NCBI RefSeq assembly: GCF_001186125.1
Contig: NW_014040375.1
Location: 59,146-94,505 of the forward strand
Direction of reading: 5' to 3'
DNA: 35,360 nt
From: Sphaeroforma arctica JP610
Lineage: Eukaryota
The notes below the pieces were generated by a model. That model made no database searches, had not been told where the DNA came from, and worked only from the letters and a program-made list of their open reading frames with translations. Below, in pieces: positions 13,803-23,773 of this stretch; within the stretch, counting starts at the first letter, position 1; each line of letters starts with the position of its first letter. A program made the translations under genes and the position numbers.

Positions 13803-16800
13803 TTACTTGAGGGAATTGAGAGACATCACGAGGTTCAGTATAACCACGTGGTCTACCCCAGGGGCAATCTGTACTTGGTAGGTACCATGATCCAAGTCTG
13901 GCACTGCGCGGGCTAAGATGTCCCTGTCGCTGTTGAATATAATATACCGCGGCGTGATGTTTTTAGGGTTTTTGGTTGCCTGCTCTTCTTCTTGCCGGCG
14001 AGTGTCTTTAGAGCCTTCGCTCGGGCCTTCTGTTATTTCTTGTGGTGCTTAGTGTTATCCGCCAATTTGCGTTCCTTCGCTTTCTCCTTGTCCTTGCAGA
14101 AGAACACGTTGATGCACTCACCTTCCTTCAGGGTATCATTGATTGTGATACTCTTAGTGTATGTCAAGACTCGCACACCTTTCTGCTTGCTTAGTGCTAC
14201 CTTGCCTGGCAACAACACACGACCGTTCACCGCGACTGTTCTGAGATCCTCCACATACACTGTGGGCGTCATACCCATGAACTTATGCTGTTTGCTCAAA
14301 CGTGTGATAAGTTCGCCTTTGCAGTCCATCAACACAGTCTGTGGCGTGCTAGCGTTCACAGATACACCTATACGGTAATGTAAGCGTCCGTTTTCGACCG
14401 ATCTGAAGTCCTGCACATCCTTCATGTTAGCCCCTCGTCGCGGTAACGTGCTCGTGGCCGCACTCGCACCTCTGGGCACAGTTCCTCGGCCTTGAGTGTG
14501 GCACACACGGCATGACCGCGACATCCCAGATACATGCACCGCCCCAAATATGATCAACTCTTGGCCTAGGTGCTTGCTGTTGCTTCTAGTCAGAGTGCCT
14601 GTCCAATTCGCTCCAGTCCCCTGAACCAACCCCAACTGCGCGTCTCGTGCTGACAATCTCGACATTGTGCTGCGACCCGTTCCCGAGGACATACTCCCCT
14701 GGGAGACTGATCCGCTACTTGCACGCCTGCGCGACTCGGACGAGGACCTGTTGTGCAGTGTGCCGCCACGACCGCGTATGGCTTGGTTGTTGTGAGATAG
14801 ACTGTGTTTGTTCGGTGAGAGTGGATACGTCCCGGAACTCTGGGTACCATTCGAATGGGATGCAGATCTCTTGTGACAGTGCTTACGCAGTGGGTGCCCA
14901 GAAGTGATGCTGGCTATGGAGAGAAGTTCTTCACTGGCCACGCCTTTCCTTCCCTGGAGCGCTCGTAGACTCAGCGCATGTTCGTCACTTAGATTAGGAA
15001 CGGACGCACTTGTGCACTGACCACTACCCAGCTTACTGTGGTTGGATTGATTTGGTATCAAATCAGACCCTTGTGCAGACGTAGTGCGTCTGGGCGTGCC
15101 GGGTCTGTTGGGATGTGATTGTGTACGCGCTGAAGCGCCCCCCGGGTGGGCTTCTCCAGGGTGCGCCATGGGTAGTCGTGGATTGCAATTTCCCGCAATA
15201 AGATCTCCGATAGCACTCTCAGCCCTATCACCTTTGCATAGCGGACTAGTTCGATTGGATCTAGTGCCCTTCTCGATCAAAGATTCTTTAGAGTGTCTGC
15301 CTTTTATAGGCAAAGTACCGTAAATCTGCATTCTACGCGCTTCGTCCGCCGACACGGGCACCTTCCTCTCGCCTGGTCCATTCAGTGCGAGCTGTTGCTG
15401 TTCAGTACTCACCTTGCGCTTTGGCGGCGCCTTGTATTCCTCTTTACCCTTACCACTAAACGACCCAATGAGCATACCGTCAAAAATAGAGGTGTCCCTA
15501 TGGACGAGATGTGGCCTGAACTCTTCCTCAGTCGATTGGCGTGTACACCTCGGTGCCATTGCGCTGGATGTCTGCGATGTGACCCCATTGGTTTGAGCCG
15601 TATGCGCACCCGCGAACGCCGACTTCAATAGCGAAGCCGCCTCGTTATCAATAATTGTTAGCATGGGACCTCCCTCAGGTACTTCTTCGCCGAGCATGCG
15701 TTGCACCTTACTTAGTCGACGAGGTGGCATGTCAAGCGGGAACAGTGCATTGTCTGCACTTCTCTCGGAAGGCTGTTGTATATTCTGGCTCGCTTGCGTT
15801 TCATCCTGTGCCTCGTGTTCAGCCCGGGCTAACTCGGTCTCAGCCTCCCGACGATTGGCTTCATTTGCTTGTTTCTGTGCAAGCATCTCGCACGATACTG
15901 TCTCAAATAAACTGTCTACGATACTGCTTACCTGTGAGCGGAGCGGTGGCTTTTCGGTGCTCTTACTTTTTGCTGAATTTTCGCATTCGGTACCGGAGAC
16001 AGGTGGCAAACGTTCATTGCAGACAGATGATTTGACGATTCCATCCCCGGACGAGTCTGGCTGTGAAATAGCAATTTCAGACTTTGTTTCATTCGTTCTG
16101 GGTTCAGGAGACGCTTCGAGCGATGAGTGCTCATTCGCTATATCAGCGTCTAGCTTGTTTTTATGCCTTGGTCCTCTTGGTATAATACTTTAAGGTCTTC
16201 ATTCTTCGCTGCACTCATATTTACTTCGTCCTCCACTTCGCTTGTTGCTGAGTTTATATCTACGTGCGTTGGTGCATCGAGCTTCTGTTCCACTTGAAAT
16301 GAGGACTGGATCGAGGAAATGTCTCTCGCATCGATATTCTGCACTGCATTATCTATTTCCGTTGTTTCAATAGCGCAGTGTTCATCGTCGTCATTCGCCA
16401 CAAATTCTGTGCTTGATGCATTCGCAGAGGGCCTAGAATCCGTGTTTTTTATATGCTCATCACTACCGCTACAATTCGCTACCTTTTCTACTTGCACATT
16501 ATGGATACCCACTTCTTCTATATACGTATCCACGACAAGTGGTGTAGCGCTGGACAACTCGAGCCCCTCCTTAGCGATATTGTTTTCAACCGCCTCTTCC
16601 ACATGTGGACTGGTAGATACTTTGTCTTCCAACACGCCGTCACTTGTTGTTTCCTGCGATAGGAATTGCTCGCTTGGAGTCCCCCGACTACTTAGGGATT
16701 TTCTGTTGTATTCGCAAATACTTGGAAGTACAGGCGAACTCGCTTCTTTGATGTGGCCAGTGCTTGTCACCACATCACAAGCTAGCATACTCCTATCCTC

Positions 16801-17403
16801 CGATTCTACATCTAGGGCAGTATCTGACGTAGAGCCTGTGACAGTACAAAGATTTGCTGTGTCTTCTTCAGACTCTTGAGCACCGACTGGGTTTGCTGCG
16901 CCTGGGGTAAAATGGAAATTGTATTCCAACTCTGATATATTGCTAGCGTTAGATTCTGACTCAGACTCGGGTGCTGTAACAAACGAATCATCCGAACAGT
17001 TTTTTGGCACATCTAAGTGTCCTGCTTCTGGTTCAGTCGTGCGAGGGCCTGTAGATTTTCTATCACTTTCTTCAGTAGGGCCATCTGCCGATTCGACAAC
17101 AGTCGGTGGTTGACACGCTCGAGCCGAGAACTGTAGAGCTCTGTTGTCCGAGTGTTCGTTGACGCCTGCGTTCAGAGCCTCGATCGTCTTAACAATGCAA
17201 GTCACTTTACCAGATTCCCCTCGTTTCAGATTAGATTTGCTGCTGGCAATCTGAAACGATGGCTTCGTGGAGACCATCGGAGAGGCATTCGGCGATGTCT
17301 TCCTTGGATTCGCTGGAGAAGTAGATGCGGAGTTGGTCACTAACCCACCATTGGCCGGAGACCGCAGTCGGGTAAGCATGGGGGTCTGGTAGATCTGTCT
17401 CAT
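13803..17403 (-). CDS. Large (~1200 aa) protein with acidic/Ser-rich low-complexity N-terminus and a C-terminal LURP-one-related (Tubby C-terminal-like) domain; two frame breaks in the assembly
   Basis: Three consecutive, briefly overlapping open frames: 17403-16150, ~16189-14033 and ~14047-13803. Each is in the -1 frame relative to the previous one. The C-terminal part reads VLMDCKGELITRLSKQHKFMGMTPTVYV...CINVFF...PRYIIFNSDRDILARAVPDLDHGTYQVQIAPGVDHVVILNLVMSLNSLK*, which by eye resembles the LOR/Tub_2 pattern (YxVxIxPGVDxxxIxxLV). It could be a pseudogene, carry assembly indels, or contain short introns. Confidence 0.7.
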
Positions 17404-19188
17404 GGTTATCCAGTAGTCTTCACAGTGGTACTTGTGCGAACGTTATTTTGTATCATGGGCTCTCAGACTGAGGATATAACACGGTGTCTACTGAAGCAGC
17501 AGGTAACTGGAATGGCACACAGGCTTTGTCTACCAATTCATACGCTTCACGATAATATTGGCAATCGGCAGCAATCAAGAGTCATAGATATTATTCGTGT
17601 AGAGTAACTAGATATTTACAGATAGAAACTGTAAAAAACGTTAAATCAGAATAGGATTGTCGAAGCAATCCCGCTAGAGCCTAGAGGGGGTTAAAATATT
17701 TTACGTTTATACTTTTTGGCTGCGAGATAATGTTCCATGGCATAGCAACAATAATTTGCCGTCCAATCAAAGACTAAGAATCACTCTGGTGCTCTCTCCT
17801 CTCTCGCTAAACCTCAAACCTGTAATGGTTGATACTTTGATATGTATATACATACTGTATTAAATGCTTCACTTTTTCAGATCACTTTTTACTTTTATAT
17901 AATTCGTTGTATAGGCGACTGGCAACCCGTGTTTCACTCCTTCGTGATCAACACTCTAGGAAGTCCTACCTATGTGAATGATATTTATCGTAATCTTGTC
18001 CCTATGTATAGGTAATTTTTTTCTCGATAAGTTGTGGATTTGGTGTTGGCCATACTGAATTCGATAAGTAATAGTTTGGTGAAGGCATTGACCTCGTGGT
18101 ACACTGGAATGCACCAATAAACGATTGAGTAGTTTCAGGTAAATGAGCAGCGTGTAGAAAAATGAAAAATTGTATGCCGAAGGGACGGTAAGCTACCCTA
18201 TCACTACTGTTTGTCAGCATGCACAAGGACATCGATATGGTAGACCTTCTCGCACAGCATTATAAGGTCTGCGACATGTAGGGCAATTGTACACGAGAGG
18301 GTCCTATAATGAACCCACTAGTAGAGCCTACTCAATATGCAACATTTTTTCTGAGGTGAATATGCTTTCTGGATCACTGCTATGTAGCTGAGAGTGGCAA
18401 GAGCTACCACAGTGGAATTATGAATAATTCTTCATCCTGCCATCCATTTAACTGTAGCAAATCTTCAGTGAAGTGTACAGGCCTTGGTATTCGCAAAATA
18501 TAGGGAGTTGTTAGATCTCGGTGCCGTCCGTAGCCCATATATCTTGAAGAACTGAGGATAACTTTCTTGGGCGTTGTAAACGTTTCTGAATGCATTCTGA
18601 TATTTTAATTTCTCAGATATTAATTTACTCGTTGATGAATGTTGGCTCCCGGCTGGTCTGTCGTCTGGTCGCCTGGTGCCGATGCATTTACACTATGTGT
18701 ACTTCATACACTGAAAAACTTGAGCACAATCAGTACATACATATTTACATGAATATGTACACATGATGTACGGTAAATATGAGCAAATGTATGTATTTAC
18801 TTTTTATTTGGTTTGTTTTTATTCTTTTTGTATTGTTTTTTTCTTTAAATAGTAAATATATAAATGACACTATTCATACAAATCACAGCTTGCCGCTGGT
18901 CGCAGTGAGTGGCAGTGAGAGTATTTGTCTATTTTTGGCGCGCGAATAAAATACGACAAACGTTGAAACGACCCGGTCCGTATGCCATAGGCCCCTAAAA
19001 AAAGCCACGTATGCACTTAAATACAACATTATGATTTAACCCGTGTCAGCACGGTTAGAATTTCAAACACCGGTCCTGTTGAGACATTTGAATTCGACTA
19101 CGGTTCGATTGCGCGTATCTAAAGGGGATCCGATAACGAGATTCAAGACTCAAGCCATTGAAACAAACGCTCCAGCCGGACCCACAGT

Positions 19189-22100
19189 ATGCCTGTGGAC
19201 TATATATGCGCGCAGCCTAATTATGTTATTAGGATTGAGCTGAAGGAGTGCAGACCGACTGTTTGGCGCGAAATAAACGTTCCAAGTGACATGAGCTTGT
19301 CCTCATTGCACAAAGTTATCCAGGTAAACACCAGAACCAATACACGCGAAGCTTTTAATAGCCTTTGCGCGCGAACAGTTTAAGCACAGATACTAAACTT
19401 ATTCTTAGAATGGGAACCTTCACCGCTCTCTTCACAGTTGCACACACACTATTTACTGTGTATAATGTTCTACCTGTATAACCCATATTCTGCGGCCACT
19501 ATCAAATAACTAGTGACACATGTCTCAGATGCCACGCTATCTGTAAGTGTACACTTTCTGATTTTCTCCATTTCGCGGGTGTGAACGTACTTTAATTCAT
19601 ATAAACAGGTTGCCATGGGCTGGTCCAATTTACATCTGCACGTGTTCAGCTTGCCGGATAGTTCTATAGAGTTTGGCCGACATGCCGACTATTCGAGCGA
19701 CACTGAGTCTAGCGAGGATGAAATGGTAATTTCTTGTGTAGGATCAAGTGTATGATAGGGGGTTCGACCTCAGTATGTACTATAGCCACAATACGTCCTT
19801 TTATCTTTCGTGTATTATTGATAAACTCGAGTCGTCATTGTCACAGTATTTAACTATGTGCATTGTACAGTATGCTTTAACCTTTCGTGTACTGTTGATA
19901 TATTCGAGTCGCTAGTGTCAAAGTAGTAGACTATTTGCACTGTGCAGTATTCTTTAACCTTTTGTGTGCTGTAGATATATTCGAGTCGCCAGTGTCAAAG
20001 TATTAGACGATGTGCACGCAGTATTCTTTAACCTTTCGTGTGCTGTAGATATATTCGAATCGCCAGTGTCAAGGTATTTATACCTGGAAACTGCAATAGC
20101 CTGCATGCACACCATGCTAGAGTGTTAATTGCTGGCGGAAGTCCAGGTTAGGAGTGCGATTTAATTCTTTTCACTGAACTTGTATTTCTTGCATTTGTAG
20201 AGTGCGTTCGACGAGGCCGAGCAAGCTGCTTGGTATGCGCAGATGGGGATAGATATGCCTACCAAAAAGAGGCCGGATAAAAATCACACCGTTGCTGAAT
20301 TGTTCAAGGTACTGTTTATTCAGCGATTATTCTGAAGACAAGGATGTTATCTGCGTATGTTAAGTTCCGTATGACACACTATAACCCTTATCTATTTATA
20401 ACTGTAGTGTGTAGTAAGCCTACTAAGAAAATGTGTTTTCACCGTGTTCAAGAGAAAAAGTGTTTTAGCCTGTGTTCAAGGGGTGCTAATTAGCAAAGAA
20501 ATGTGGTGCTATCTGGGACTCAACATTGAATTATACGGAGTGGTCGAAATTATGTATACAAGCTCATGAGGGTAGCTGACGAGATGGAGAACGGTCAACG
20601 AACTAGTATTTACAGTGATGATTTAAATTGTAAGCCCTCTTTTTTTGATGAACTTGTTATCCTCCTGTCCCTCACTATTGTCCATTTGTTTCCTGTGTGC
20701 AAACAATAGCATGTCGGCTGCAAAGCGGATTACATCTACGATTTCAGTGATTTGTGGGAACATACACTTGAACTCATGGACATTATACGCAATCCACATC
20801 CAACACCAAGGTATGGGATTTTATTTATTCGGTCAGTGTAAATAATATAGCAAGCTTAATCGTTGTATGTATATCTATGATCTAAGCTTGGCCATTGATG
20901 GGCACGGACGGTGTGCGTGACTTTTTGCGATTTAGGCGATGCTGATTGGCTACAGTTGTCATGAGTGAGCTGAAACGTACATGATTATTAGTCAATTACT
21001 GTACGACCATTTTAGACTAGTAGCTAAATACTTCATTAATTATATATTCCATGACAGGTGTATAGCAGGAGAACACCAATGTCCTCCAGAGAGCTGTGGA
21101 GGCCGTTTCGGTTATGAGGCGATGATGCTCATATTTAATGCCGACAGGTATGCTCACACAACCCCATTGGTATATATTATCAGAGTGTAGATTCATCGAT
21201 TTAGGTTTAAATCCTTGTTTTTGTATAATTTATAGCATTAGTATGGGCAGACACATATATATGGGTGTAAGTCCTTGTCCATGTACAGTATATAGTATTA
21301 GTATCTGCATATGTATATTTGTCGGAGTAAGTTCTTGTCCAAATACAGTATAGAGCATTGTGAGTAGATGCATAGATGTGGGATTAAGTCCCTGTCCATG
21401 TACAGTATGTAGCATTAGTATGTACAGATGTATATGTGTTTGTGTAAAGTCCTTGTCCATGCACAATTTATGATATAAGTATGTGTAGATGTATATACAG
21501 GTGTAAGTCCTTGTCCATCTACAGTATATAGTATTAGTATGTGCTATAGCATTAGTACGTGTAGATGCATATATGTGTGTGTAGATCCTTGTTCATGTAC
21601 TGTATTTAGCATTACATGTGTAGATGTATATTTGTAGGTGTAAGTCTCTGTACATGTGCAGGTGTATATGTGTTTGTGTAACATGTCCATATGCAGTTTG
21701 AGGGATATGTATGTGTAGATGTATATACGGGTGTAAGTCTTTGTCCTTGTATAGTATATAGTATTAGCATGTGCTGATGCATATATGTGTGTAAGTCCTT
21801 GTCCATGTACAGTATATAGCATTATATGTGTGTAAGTCCTTGTCCATGTACAGTATATAGCATTATATGTGTAGATTCGCATTTTTAGGTGTAAGTCCTT
21901 GTACATGTGCAGTGTATAGCATTAGTATGCGTAGATGCATAGCTGTTGGTGTAATTCATTGTGCATACACATCCAAGGCTAGCTCACAATCAATACTCTA
22001 AACACAACCGCACGTCCGCAAGAGTACCTTCCCTCACCGCCGTTTTTAAATTCAGACTCTACTCGATTCAACATCCGTCGCAAGTACTCCCACTTTATTA

Positions 22101-22337
22101 CGTGGTCATATACGTTGCAGTGTAGTATACCACCTCGTGCTTTACCGTATGTCTCTTCACATGCAAGGACGGCTTGTACTCAACGAAAGATATCAATATT
22201 TCAGTCAAAACAGGTCGTTCGATCGAAACAGTTGGCGTATAGGGCGAGGGTACCGATACGACGTTGTGCCGTTCGATCTGATCGCGGTCAACCAAACTTT
22301 AAAGACAACCGACATCTCATTTATTGGCAAGTCTTAG
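19189..22337 (+). CDS. Plasmid pRiA4b ORF3-like family protein (PRiA4_ORF3), 6 exons
   Basis: Exons 19189-19323, 19609-19725, 20201-20308, 20710-20810, 21058-21147, and a last exon ending at 22337 (acceptor at 22204; in-frame alternatives at 22120 and 22213). Family motifs in order: IRIEL..PTVWREINVP..LHKVIQVAMGWSNLHLHVF, YIYDFSDLWEHTLEL, RCIAGEHQCPPESCGGRFGY, FDLIAVNQTL. About 227 aa with the 22204 acceptor. Confidence 0.88.
19795..20080. repeat. ~75-bp intronic minisatellite (~4 copies)
   Basis: CTTTAACCTTTCGTGT.CTGT.GATATATTCGAGTCGC.AGTGTCAAAGTA.TAGAC.AT.TGCAC recurs at ~19875, 19951 and 20026, with a diverged copy at ~19800. Confidence 0.85.
21225..21965. repeat. ~58-bp intronic minisatellite (~12-13 degenerate copies)
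   Basis: TATAGCATTAGTATGTGTAGATG.ATAT...GTGTAAGTCCTTGTCCATGTACAGTA repeated through intron 5 of the pRiA4b-like gene. Confidence 0.9.
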
Positions 22338-23094
22338 AATGAGGTGTAGACTGGCTCAATAGACGACAATGAGGCACAGATCACGCACGTACATGGATTC
22401 GTTCGTGAACTGATCACGCCGCACCCGTCAGTACACGTCTGTCTTGCTATTCATCGTATTCATCGAGACGGGCACAGTCTGTGGGTATAACAGCGTTACA
22501 TGCTGTTTGTGATGCTGACTGGATACAGTAGTCGATTTCTCTTGTGGTACTTCGCCCATCGAGATTAGGCAACTCTTGCCACCCACTCGCGGAAAGGTTT
22601 ACACCCTTGAGGACATGACATCAAAAGCCTTCTTTGGGTATGCACCAGACAACTTCTGTACTGCCGCAAGCTACACCTATATTGAGTATACATAGTATGG
22701 TGACCACCTATTGGCTATGTCTTTGTATGGTGATCGCCCTATTGCAGCTAGAAATGCCTGATAATTGTGGGTGGAGGTCCACAGGTGGCATGTCATACGT
22801 TGGGAATTGGCAACCCGAAGAGGTCGCTTTCTCTGCCTTGTATGTGCGATCTCGACCGCGACATCAAGTTCGAGTGTGTGTATGGTAGACACACGTATGA
22901 GAAAGTGCCCTCCTCCTCTATTCACTCTTGTGCGTCGACAACTTGACAATATTTTACATTACAAAGTTTGACAGAGTGAATATCACATCGCTCCAGTGCC
23001 GATGCCTGTGGGACAAGAGCGTCCTCATACGTCGATGACATCAATAATAAACGGTGGTAATCGAGACCCGACGCGTGTCTGAAGGTGCTATTAT

Positions 23095-23365
23095 TCTATA
23101 CATAAATTTATATATAATATATATATATATATGTGTGTGTGTGTCGGTGTCGGTGTCGGTGTCTGTATATATATATATATATATATATATAAGTCGGTGT
23201 GCGTGTGTGTGTGTGTAACTATATATATATATGTAATAAATATATATATATATATATTTATATAGGTATGTATGTATGTATACATGTGTATTATGTATAT
23301 ATATATATATATATATATATCTATATATATATCTATATCTATATATATATCTATATCTATATATG
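23095..23365. repeat. (TA)n/(TG)n/(TCGGTG)n compound microsatellite
   Basis: Direct inspection. Confidence 0.95.
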
Positions 23366-23773
23366 CGTAGTAACTCTTGCTGATTGGCCTTGCAGGGGTC
23401 AGTTCACCTTCATTAACTGAACAATCTCAGCCGAATATTCTGAACTTTTGACTAACATGAATGTACGCTGCTACAGATCGGTTTTACTTATTGCATCGAG
23501 AACTTACGGTACAACTCAATGAGCGCGCCTGCATCATGCCTGACAAAGGAAGTATAAGTGATCACCCCTAACTCCATGCTTAAACAGACACTATTCGATA
23601 GCGGTGTCAGTAATTAACATTCATATCGTCACCGGAATGTACAAAATCTGTTGGTTCGGGGTGGCTAGAATCTGGTGGTTGCGCTGCTATGCGCTCAATG
23701 AAACTTTTAGAGGCAATCAGACTCCGCACTTTATTCGATTCGCAGTATCGCCGTCCTCTTGTTGATATCTGAC

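Noticed and set aside
22519..23080. Coding-like GC content and a short frame LDTVVDFSCGTSP... after the pRiA4b-like stop
   Set aside because: Frames are short and stop-interrupted with no convincing splice pattern; cannot be distinguished from 3' UTR or decayed sequence
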